Source: Cyanophora paradoxa CCMP329 (Eukaryota; Plantae; Glaucophyta). From it: a stretch of 64,000 nucleotides of DNA. Both the position numbers and the translations under genes were made by a program. The stretch is taken from positions 9,243 to 73,242 of the forward strand of contig QPMI01000529.1 in the NCBI GenBank assembly GCA_004431415.1, given 5' to 3'. The notes under the pieces were generated by a model that did not search any database, had not been told where the DNA came from, and saw only the letters and a program-made list of their open reading frames with translations. This document shows, one piece after another, positions 24,901-36,100 of the stretch (positions are counted from its first letter, which is position 1; every line of letters starts with the position of its first letter).

Positions 24901-25243
24901 GGCGGGGGCGCAGCTGGAGGAGCAGGCGATGGCGCGGGCGCACCGGCTGACGCAGACGGACCCCGTGATCATCACGCGCTTCGTGGCGGGGCCGGACACC
25001 ATCGAGACGCGCATCCTCGCCCTCCAGGAGGCCAAGATGGAGGTCGCCAACGGCGTCCTCCGCCACGCCCAGCAGGCCCGCCCCGCCCCCGCCCCGCCCC
25101 GCCCCGCCACGCGCCCTCCCGCCGCATTCCAGCCGAGCGCGCGAGCGCGCAAAGCCGAGGCTGAGGCTGGGCGGCAGGTCTCGACGAACCGGCTGACGCT
25201 GAAGAACCTTGAGAAGCTCTTCATGGGGCCCGGCCGCCGCTGA
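18941..25243 (+). CDS. SNF2-family ATPase with RING-like finger (Rad5/Rad16/Uls1-like group)
   Basis: Q motif LKDYQREG, motif I GGILAD/DMGLGKT, Ia [12 protein letters not shown], motif [36 protein letters not shown]-like [14 protein letters not shown], then [37 protein letters not shown]. Confidence 0.93.
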
Positions 25244-25937
25244 GGCCGCCCCGTCCCGCCCGCCCCGCCCCGCCCCGCCCCGCCCCGCCCCGGCCCTCTC
25301 GTACGAATACACGCGAACCGTCGCCGGGGGCGGCTGCAGGTGATTACGAGTGTGGCCTGCTGTGGAGCGCGCGTGAGGGAATTCCTGGCGAAGCTCTCTA
25401 GATCTGGTTCCCTCTTTAAGCTGGGCCCCCGGCCTGCGACGACGTATACACGTGCATTGACAGTCAGCACGAAGCTGTGCTGCCGGGCTGCCGGGCTGTA
25501 AAAGAGCACTAGTACTCCTGGACTCTCAGTAGCGGCAATGTCCACCAGACCACAAGCCTTGACGCCTACGTACCGTTAACGTTGTACGCTGTGCACTGCG
25601 GCATGCAAATTCCGAAAAGTTCGAATGCTTGCTGAATCATGTTATACGTACATGTACATCTATACGCTCCAGGTATGCAAGGAAGCTTTCCTTTCGATTG
25701 TTAAACGTTTGCGTGAAAAGAACTAGTGAGTCCACGTGCACCGAAGACAAGATAAAGAAATACTATAGCTAACCGTTGAACGCTATGATCACATGATAAT
25801 CTCAGAATATCAGTACTGATCATTAAATGATACGTACTGTGATTTATTCGATAATTATAAGAGAATGCAGCACAGAGAAAGAAAACAAGCTTCAAGGCTT
25901 ATGAAGATCTATAAAGAACAGATCTTCAGACTGGGCC

Positions 25938-27411
25938 CTACAGGATGGTGCAAAGGTTGACGGGCGGGGGGACGCGGGGCCGCTCGGAGGGGGCGGCGGG
26001 GACGAAGAGGCGCCGGGCGCGCGCCCCCGCCACCGAGACCGAGGCCGGGTCGCGCTCCGCCTCCCGCCGCCTCGCCGCCGCCCTGCACGCCCCGCCCTCA
26101 GCTCCGGATCCGGCCCGGGGACCCGGACCCCGCCCACGGCCCAGCCCGCCTTCAATGAATATTACCCGCACCTGGACGCGGCGCGCTCGACCCTGCGGAC
26201 CTGCGCGCGCGCGTGCGCGGAGAGAACTCGGGCTCAGCGCGGATGAACCGGAAACTAAACGGCGCGGGGCGGGGCTCGAACCCGGGCCACCATCTCCGGC
26301 ACGCCTTCCAGGGGGGCGTCCCCCGCCTCCGAGAGCTGCGCGCGGGGGGGAACGGGGGGGGGTAACGGCCTCAGGCGCGGCCCGGAGGTCGGTTCGGGCG
26401 CGGGGCGCGGGGCTGCAGGGGCGGGCGGGCCTTGATTGCGAGGGCGGCGACGGGGGCGGTGGCGAGGGCGAGGCGGGCCCAGCCGCAGGCCGGCTCGAGC
26501 TCCCGCGGCTCGAACGGGAGCCGGAGGCGGAGGCGGAGGCGGGGCTCGAGGCGGCGCAGGAGCGGGGGGCCCAGGCGCCCCGCCAGGGCGAGGAGGTTGG
26601 CGGCGACGAGGCCCTGGAAGAGGCTCCGCAGCGGGTGCCCGCCAGCCGCGCCCACGCCCCGCACGCCTCCTCCGCCGCTGCGCCGGCGCCGGCCTGTCAG
26701 CGGCTGCCGGCGCGAGCGGCGAGGGCCGCTCCCAAGTCCAGCGCGCGCCTCTGTGGAGGAGCCGCTGCGCGTGGGAGAGGAGGGGCGGGGCGGCGCAGGC
26801 GAGGGCCCCCGCCCCCGCCACCGCGGGGCCCCAGGGCGGAATCACCGCTCCGATGGCGGCCCCGGGGCCCCCGAAAGCCCAAGCCGCCGTAGCCGCCGCC
26901 TGCAATCCACCGAGGAAACAGATCAGGTCGGTTCTATACTCGCTCTCAATTTCGGTTAGGGGGCGCGGCGAAGATGCCGCCACGCACGCAGGTCGCTTTC
27001 GCGGAGGCGGCGGCGGCGCCCCTCCAGGCGAGCTCACCGCAGGCCGCCCCTGCCGACGCCCGCCCGAGACGAACGAAGGTTTGATAATTATAACGCGTTC
27101 GGGATTAATATATTCGGGCGCGCGGCGAAATTTAAACGTCGGCGGCGAACGCACAGCGGAGGTCGGAAACGAGGCGGCCGAGCTCGCCGCAGCGGGCGGG
27201 GACGGTCCCTTCGCCGGTGCCGGCGCCGGCGGCGTGCGCTCGCGCGTGGACCTCGCGCCAGGCGGCGGCGAGGCGGCCGCGGACCGCCTCGCAGCTGTCG
27301 TAGACGTCCCTCCGGACCCGCATGCGGTCGCGGCGCTGCGACGCGGCGGGCGTGGGCGCGAATCAGCGGACGAGCAGCAACGCGCCCAGCATCGATTGCG
27401 CCGTCCGTCAT
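25938..27411 (-). CDS. Multi-exon hypothetical protein, possibly ending in a CaaX motif (CTIL)
   Basis: Protein-like pieces (VYDSCEAVRGRLAAAWREVH, EIESEYRTDLICFLGGLQAA, LRSLFQGLVAANLLAL, VNLCTIL*) with host-type introns; exon chain not fully resolved. Confidence 0.4.
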
Positions 27412-27512
27412 TTGTGGCACGTGCAAACCCGCTCTTCCATCAAGCACCACGTGAAGGGGAGGATCGGAAGGAGAATCGCGAACTGCGCATGCGTGCCAAT
27501 TGCAAGTTACAA

Positions 27513-28385
27513 TCACAAATAATTTATTTCAGGGCGATTAAAAACTTTGAAGAGCACCAGCAAGAGTTCACCAGGGCCCAAAGGAGCGCAATCCGCGCCT
27601 CCCGTCTCCTTCCAGGCCCAGTTCCAGGCCGTCACGGAGTCCGCCGCCCCACTTGCTTCCTGCACATGGATATTGATGTCATAATTGTATAGCACGAAGC
27701 TCATGTGCGCGTGCAGGCCGGAAATTTTAAACACTGAAACGCAAAGCATACCTCAAGGTTGGAGATTGCCGAGATCGCAAACCGCTTGTTCTCTCTTCCC
27801 TTCGAATTCTTTCGGATCCGCCCCTCCACTAGATCTCGAGACATCGACGCTTCTAAAGCTTTGCTGCCGCTCGAGCTCGGGAGGTGGTACATGGCCCAGG
27901 TGATCGCCAGGCGTCGCTCCAGCGCCTCGATTTCGGACTCCGCTCGCGCGACCTGCAAGCGCGCAGAGCGGAGAACTGAGCGAGCAGCACTAGAGGGCTA
28001 GAAAGCACGGCGCGGTCCCAATCAGCGATATCGATGGAGCACGTACGAGCTTTTCGAATCCATCAGGGCAAGAATTACCGTCTTTGTCTTTTGTCTCTTC
28101 ATACTTGGAGTCGGCACTGGATCTCGTCTCGCGCTCGAGCCGAGTTACGCCGCGGAAGGCCACAAGAATCGGGTCGAGCAAGTCCTGCACCGCGATCTGA
28201 GAGGAAAAAGCATCTTCCGCTGCTTCGAGCGCTTTCTGAAAGCGTTCTGACGCGCCCCGCGGCAGGGCGGCTACAACGTTAACTTCGCGGTTGCGTTGCC
28301 GCTGCGCCCGAAGCTCTCGCCAGATCTCGCCTGCGCGGTCGCGCGTCGAAGTCTCTTTCTCATCCGAGGCTGCACTGCTCTCCAT
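27513..28385 (-). CDS. Three-exon hypothetical helical protein
   Basis: MESSAASDEKE..GFEKL / VARAESEIEALERRLA..ISNLE / YNYDINIHVQ..EINYL* separated by GT-AG introns. Confidence 0.5.
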
Positions 28386-28856
28386 GAGAGCGGCTGCGGG
28401 CTGCAGCTGGACGAGCTCAACTTGGCAAGCTCGAGCCCGGCAAGGTAAGGGGGGTACGTGCGTCGAAAGGTGGGGAGGGGGTAAAAGCTTGAGGAAGCGC
28501 AAGGGGCCGGGGTGGGGGGACCGCTCGGAATTTCGAAAAATAGGCGGGAGCTCGATCGATCGATCGCGAGGTGCTGGAAATGGATGGCCCAGTGGGATTA
28601 GGGGAGAGCTCGCGAGAGCTCGAGCGAGGAGACTCTGATCATGCATATGAGAGATCGAGATCAGTGCTGGTGTCTAGAGACTGTGGCGCGGCCGGTAATT
28701 CACCAAAACAAAATAGTATCGGAGAGGAAATATCGAATTGAGTACTACACGTAAACTACCTATTCACTGATGTCTACTAAATGCACTGATTTATGTGTGT
28801 TGAGTTTACAGGCCGTCTAATCATAAGAATATCGGTATGGGCCCGATCGAAGCAGG

Positions 28857-29870
28857 TCAGGACGCGCGAAGCCCGCGATCGCCGGCGCGGCGGGGCGCGG
28901 GCCGAAGGACGTACGTCGCCTCCTGAGACTCCGGCGGCGGCGCCTGCGGCAGGGCGTGAGGCGGGCGACAGCGGTGGATTCGAAGGGCGGAGCGGGGGCC
29001 GGGCCTCGTCGAGCGGGGGCGGCGAGCGGAAGCCGGCCGCCGGGGCGGACGAGGCGGCCGAGCTCGAGGCCAGCTGCGCACCCCGGCCCGGGCCCGCGGC
29101 GTCAGAGGGCAGGGAAGCCGCCCGCGCCTTCGCCGGCGCCCCCGCACCGTCGCGGAGGGGCCGCCGGCGCCGGCGCCGGCCGCCCCGGGCCCGAAGAGGG
29201 CGGCGTGGACCTCCCCCGCACTGAGTCGAGAGGCGCTGTCAGAGGCGGCGGGGGGCGGCGCGCACCGGCGGGCGGCGTCGACGTCGCTGGCGAGCATGCG
29301 AGAGAGGCCGGAGGCGAGGGGCTCTGGATCCCCCACGTGCACCGCCCCGCCCGTCCCTGCGTCCCCCGCCGCAGGCCTCGGCCGGGGAAGTGCGGGGCGG
29401 GCGGGGCGGGCGCACGGGGCGCCCAGCCGTGGAAGAGGGCGTGCGAGGGGCGCGCCTTCGTCAGCATCTCCACCGCCGTCGCCGCCAGGCTGCCCCCGCC
29501 CGCCCCGCCCCGCCTCAGCCGCGCCCCGCGTCGCGGCGCGGGGCATGAGCGCCTGCAGAGGTCCGAGGCGGGGCTCGCGCGCCCGGCGCGCTGCTCGGGG
29601 TCCGCGTAGGGGTGGCGAGGGGGCGGTGCCCACCGGCGGGCGGCATCGATTTCGATATCGCTGGCGAGCATGCACGAGAGGATGCATATGGGGACGAGGC
29701 CAGGGGCCCGCCCACCGCCCCGCCCGCCGCTGCCGGTCCCGCCGCCGGCCTCGGCCGGGGATGTCCCCCGGATGGGCGCGCCGGGCAGGCCAGGGCGCAG
29801 ACCGGGCGAGTCGCGCGAGCATGCATGTGGCCAGCACTCGGTACCGAGACGACTGAAACTCCGTCGGCGC
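28857..29870 (-). CDS. Possible multi-exon hypothetical gene with an internal repeat
   Basis: Repeated peptide MLASD(IEI/V)DAARR, each followed by a GT donor; host-type introns; boundaries uncertain. Confidence 0.3.
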   Translation of the reverse strand, partial: APTEFQSSRYRVLATCMLARLARSAPWPARRAHPGDIPGRGRRRDRQRRAGRWAGPWPRPHMHPLVHARQRYRNRCRPPVGTAPSPPLRGPRAARRAREPRLGPLQALMPRAATRGAAEAGRGGRGQPGGDGGGDADEGAPLARPLPRLGAPCARPARPALPRPRPAAGDAGTGGAVHVGDPEPLASGLSRMLASDVDAARRCAPPPAASDSASRLSAGEVHAALFGPGAAGAGAGGPSATVRGRRRRRGRLPCPLTPRARAGVRSWPRARPPRPPRRPASARRPRSTRPGPRSALRIHRCRPPHALPQAPPPESQEATYVLRPAPRRAGDRGLRAS

Positions 29871-30167
29871 AGCCGCTATGCGTTCTGTATGCGGACCCTC
29901 GAACGCGTGGCACCCGCGACCCCTATTAAATTTAACGAGCCCCGGCCGCGGTCAAGCTGCGAATCGCCTTACGCTCCCCTGCGCCCTCCCCCCCCCCCCC
30001 CCCCCCCCCTCCCCTCCCGCACTGGCGCCGCAGACTATACCCCGCCCTGCCCGGCCCCGCATGCAGCTGCAAGCTCCACACGGCCAGGTATTGTAGAGAG
30101 CTCGATCTCGAGCTCCTCGAATTGATTTTGGTAATTTACTCTGATTCTACACGCTGCAATTGCAAAC

Positions 30168-33100
30168 TCAAAACGCTGCAGCTGCGTATACAGCAACCCA
30201 GGCGGAAAGCAGCGCCCAGAGCGTGTGGAGAGAGCGAGCCAGCGGATCCCCGCGGCCGGCGGCCGAATTGGAAGTCCTTTTTTCGTCGGGCACGTAGATA
30301 GAGCCGCCGCCAGAGAGGGTCGCGTTCGCTGACCTGATGGCGGCCTCGAGCTGCGCGACCGTCATGGACGCCTGGGGGGACGGCGCTTCGAGTCAGCTGC
30401 AATTGCGAGCAGTCGACGGGCAAAGTGAGCGATCGCAATATTAACAAGTAACTCTAATACCTGAGCGACCTGTACGAGCGCGGTCTCGCTGAGAGTGCTG
30501 TACTGCGCGGGCAGGCCGCTGGGGATGAACGAGAGGGTTGAGCCCGGAAGCACGGTGAAGAAGCTTCCGAGGTTCACAACTAGCTGGCGTGTCTGCATCT
30601 CCTCGGCCGACAGCGCGCGGGCCGCAGACGCTCGTGCCGACGTCGACGTCCGAATAAAGCAGGTGGCGCCTTCAGTCGGGGCGGCCGCTTTAAGTAAAAA
30701 TAAGAAATCGGAGAAGAAGATCGAACGCTCACCAGTTCCGAGTTTCGGCAGAGTATCGGAAGCAAAGATGGCGGGGCACGGGACTTGCACCTGCGATGTC
30801 GACGAGGAGTCGACGGATTGCACCGTGTACGGGATGTCGAGATCGATATTCAGGCTGCGAGTAGTCTTAGTCGCGACAATTCTGTTCACGCTCAAAGCTT
30901 TGACTCGCCTCTTGAAGCCGTTTTGCTCGTCGAAGTAGGCGCCACCGATGGAAATGAAGGTGCACAGCTCGGGGTTGCAGCCGCCAGTGTACTCGCACCA
31001 CTTGGCTGTGCAGCAACGCTAGCTCAGTGTACTGTTATGGCTTTGAAATTCTTATTGATTGAACAATTGCAAGTGGACGCGCCCAAATCTGCCGGGAACT
31101 CGCACCGCCCGCTCTCCAAGCCGCAGACTGACGAGCACGTGTACGGAGCAGTCAGATACAGAATCAAACTTTTAGGACGCTCGTGCATACCCTGGCACGG
31201 GGAGCAGGAAAGACAGCTGAAGGCTGGGGAGCCGTCGCCGTTGGAGCTCGAGCCCGATCCGCCATTAATTCTCGCTATCATCTCATCGGGCATGAAAACA
31301 TTCGCATACTGAAAGAAATCACTCGCAAGTCAGACTGGCGGCGCGATAGATTTTCGGAAATAAATCGCGAAGTTATCGCTCGCATATGCATACCACCCCC
31401 TTCGCGATATTGGAGGTGGCGAGATACGTCGAGCCCTTCTGCAGCTTTGAGCCCGCCACAAAAAGGCCTGCACGCAATAATAATGTGTCGACGTCGTACT
31501 GAGAAAGGTTGAGTCAGTGAGTTCACGAACCTGCCCCCTGGCCGTCCGCCGCGAGGTTCTCGTTCTGAAAAACATTTTATTTGAATCAGTATCCGCTCTC
31601 TTGTTTGGTGCTTCGACGTTCATACCATTAGAAGCACAGTTTCGTTGAGACGTGCGCAGCCAGCAACGACAGCAAGGCCTGTGCAATCAAACTTTAGACC
31701 GTGCTTTTCGGATCCAATTGAACAGTTAGATGAAATGCTCTTGACGCCGACTGAGTGGCACCTGCTCCAAACATTCCACGAGCTCTATTCTGCATAAAAA
31801 TCGCGTCGCCGATCCAGCTGCACTGCCCTGCAGCTGCCTTTGCCTCCGTGAGACCGATGAACGCGCCACCGCCCATTGGCGTGCTTCCGTCACCCACGCC
31901 ATCGAACCACTCGAAGCCCGCCGTGTTGTTGCTGGCGATACAGTAATTAAGAATGACTTTGTTAACGCAGGAAACCGAACGAACGGACACGAAAAAGGAC
32001 TGAGCGCCGTCGATCCGAATGGCGTCTGCCGCAAAGAGGCCCCCGCTGCAGAAGAGCAATCGTTATTGCGCGATGGTCACAAAGGCAGTTTTTATGCTCA
32101 TGACCAACAAGGCGAACCCCATAATCGCCCGATTATCGTCGAAAATGCACTGTTCAATCTGCGCCACATGTAAAAACGTAAACAGCAACAAACACGTGTA
32201 CGTGCAGCACGAGGAGGTCTGAGTTGGGCCCGGGGAGGAGGGGAGGGGCGAAGGGGGGCGAACGTGAACAGGAGTTTTGGATCCCCAGACAGCGATGGCG
32301 CCGCCCTGCCCAATGTCCGGTCCGACCCCGAACCCCTCCCTTGGGCCAGCAGAATTGTCGTAAAAGACAGCCTGCGGAATACGTATCCCTGGTTCAACAA
32401 ACCTGGAAACAAATCGATATTATCTGTAAAATCTACCTGGTAGAAGCTGGCCCCGCCGGCTTCTGCAGCAGCGCTGGCGTCGGGGTCATCTGGATCCGTC
32501 GGCACCCCTACTGACACCCCGCCTCCCGTGAGTGCAAAGTTTGCTGCTCGCTCAAGCATTCAGTGCACTGCTCGCTCGCTCAAGCATGAAGTACAAAAAA
32601 TCAACCTTGGAAGCGGACTAGAGAGAACGAAGCGACGCATCCCTCTTTGATGAGCGCTCCGCCGCCTGCGCGTCATTTGCAATTAATTTCGTCTTCGTAA
32701 TCTGCATGGCGCCATTAAAAGGGATGATTCAATGTTCGCACCATAAGACGCGGAGAGGTTGTCAATGAATGAAGATGCTGTGACGGAAAGCTTAGCATTC
32801 CGGCCCGAGCACGTGATTCCCGCTCCGGCTGCAGGATTGCGGTCATTTTTTTTGCACGCACAAACCAAACAAGAGAGACACTGATGTGCGAACCGTCCGT
32901 GCGCGTTAGCTCAAACGCGTATTGGATGATCATCCGGTCGAGAGTCGCTTCTGTATCCTCTATCGTGATTGCTCCGCCAATGGAAGTGCGGATGCTCGAT
33001 TTCGAGATCGAAAAGGGCGAGCGCGCCCAGATGGCCGCGCCGTTATCGGAAATGCCCTAATATAGAAGAAAGCTTAGTGTCAATTTTCAACGAAAGAGCA

Positions 33101-36100
33101 ACTGACTCACCCGGTCAAAAACGGATTCCGATATTGTGACAATCGTCGACGATCTCATAAGACCGAGTGCGCCGCCTCGCCTTTTCGTTGGATGGAGAGG
33201 GGTGCCGTCCGTGGAGCGCGCAGTGTTTTCCTTGCGAACGACATCCTCAGTGGTCGCGGAGAGAAAGCATGTAGAGCCCATTTAGCGCACTAGGAAATAG
33301 CATCCATCAAACGAAACGGCGCCAGCGGCCTCGTCTGCTGATCCCACGAGCACGGCGCCCCCGTCGCCGTCCAAGGCCTGGATCCGAAAGCCACAATTCA
33401 AGCGCCGGCAGGCTCGCCGTCGCAGGGGACCTTCGCGGGCTATCAAACCTTATTGAAACTGAAACTGGTGTTGACGAACGATGCAGAAGAGCCCTCAAGG
33501 ATTGCCACGGCTCCAGCACTGCTAACAGCGCGATTCTGAGATTCATTGCAAGGGCCGTCGAGTTCAGACATGTACATTGGCCCACCAGTACCGCAAAAGA
33601 AACAATTTACCCTTAGAAACATGCAATCCACAAATTCAGCGCGAGAGCCGCCTAGCAGAGCCACAGCGCCTCCTGCAGGGCGTCGCCGCGTCGGCTTTGG
33701 CCGCATGCATGTGCACAGTGAATATGACACAAGCATGCGAACGGGGCACCATCGCTCAGCCCGTTCTGATTTGTAGCAAAAGCGACACTCTGCGAAAATG
33801 CAATTTTCAGGTCTTTCAAAAAACTTGGGTATATATATGCAGAGGCGACAGAGATTCAGGTGGAACCTTTAGGGTTAGAATTTGACCGTTCCGAACGATA
33901 AGCGCAGCCCCCGAAGAATCCGTGTACGGGGGAGTGCCGCTCGCTTGGGCAGCAGCCTGCCCGATCAGCGACGCGGCTCTCGTGGCATTGTGGCCACAAT
34001 CCGCAATCGTCACACCCTACAAGTGGGCACTCGCGATCGTGAGCGCAGGAGCCATCTGGCGTCGACAGCTTGGCGATGTGATCGAATGCACGCACCAGCG
34101 GAAGAATGAGAGGAGACGAGTGCGATATTGAAAATGCGGCGCCAGCGGCAAGACACCTGCAAAGCGCAGTTTTGGTTTCGATCAGCTTGATCAGAGCGCA
34201 ATTCGGGTTGAAAGTGATGTGCGCTCACATTAAAAATGTATTCGCAGCAGAGTTTGGCCCCAGAATTTCCCCGGACCACGAGCGTATCTGCAATTGCATT
34301 CAGCACTAATCCAGCCCGTGGCTCGACTCGCTTTTGTAATCGAGCTCACATATATTTTAGCGCCGCTCGCTGCTGCGTTCGCGGGCACTACCAAAGAGGA
34401 TGCGGGCTTCATGTACGTGCCAGGCTTGAGAAATACGCCGATCTGCGTCGCAAACTTTCAATTGGTCGCAAACATGATCTTACTTACCAAACCCCGCGAA
34501 CCTGGGGAGGAGTGGCTCGGCCTGGAGTCATCAAGATCGTCTGTCTGACAGCGTACGCGACGGCGCCCTTGAGCGACATGAAGATGTACGGTTCCTTCGC
34601 ATCCGCATCCGGAATGTAATCCGCCTCGAGCCTGCGTTAAATTCAGAGCACCGGTCAAAGTTGCGTGGGACCCGAGGTCGTTCGAAGAGGTTTGCACACA
34701 TCTCGTCGACGAATACCGACAAATCGTATGGCTGCACGAGGCTGATTTCCAGTTCGACAGGACCTTCGTTAGGGCTGCACCCTCCCCCGTAGCGGGCGAT
34801 GTTCACAGCTACTTGCGTCTGGGTGGTGTCGTTCCCAGCAAGAAACAGCGTTACAACTGCCTTGCCGTGGATGCCCTTGCCACCTGAGCAATTTCGCATG
34901 ACGCTTTACGTATACGAAAATGCACGTAAAATCGCTCGCAAGGTCTATAGCTAGGGGGCACGTGCACACCACCGGCAATCGGGGCCGTGCAGGCGAGCGA
35001 CGAGCATGCATCGGCACTGCGAACGTCGACGACCGCGGGGAAGCCCGAACCACTTGCGTCGAACTTGTACAGGCCGGAGCGCGTCACATTGAAAAGGAAC
35101 TGGACCGCATGCGACGAGGACTGCTTGCAGACCTGGCGGCGAGAAGGTCGCGCTCAAAAGATACGCATGTCCTGTTCGCTAAAGCGCACTTGTGTGAAGC
35201 CTATGACCTTGAAGTCGCATAGGGGACCGGCGACGGTGCGTCCAGGAGTCGCTACCAGGATTTTGTGGTCTGGTGGGCACTTAGATGCACTCATGTCAAC
35301 GTCCACGCCTTCGGCGATGCGCGTTTCATTCGAGAAGGGCATAGCGACGAGGTGCATGAGAGCGCGATTGAGATCGGCTGCGATGGAGAGCGTGAGCGCA
35401 AATCATGATAAATCATAGTACGAGTGTAGTGCGGCCTCGAGCTCCGCAGGTGCAACACTAATTATAAGTCTGCGCACGAAAACAAAAGCGTACCAGCCAT
35501 TGCAGCCTCCGGCGAGTTCGGGACGAGTGGCGGCAAGAAGAACTTGTCTCGTGCTTCGTACAATCCAAAATCCTCCTCCCAAACCGACGTCGGATCTTCA
35601 GGCTGCGGAGCGGCAAACGCGGCAGCCGCCAGAGACATGTCGATCGGAAGCGAAGAATTCAAAACGAAGCTGGCATCCGCGAATTCATCGGGGAAAGGCT
35701 CAGTGGTAAAGTTCAGCATCTCGTCTTCTTCTTGGAGCACTGTAATTGGGTACCGGTCCGGGTGCTGATTAGTATTATGCTCAACTATTCATAAATGTAA
35801 CGCACACGTGCACGTGTCCGCGTGGGGTGCTGTTCCAATGATGTCGACAGCATGCGCCGGCGCGCAATGGGTACTGGCGTCGGTCCAGCTAACGCGCAAA
35901 GAACATCAGCAGCGCCGCTCGGGCAGGCAGCGACAGCATCGTTGACATCCATCTGAATCATTGGACTGGGGCATTCCAACATGACTTCGTCGAGCATCGA
36001 TAAGGGGCACGGCGCTTTGCATGGCCGATCAAGCAGCTCCACGCGATTTGAACCCTCGGCAACCTTGGAGAATCCGGCAGCGGTGACGGCGTTGAGAACA

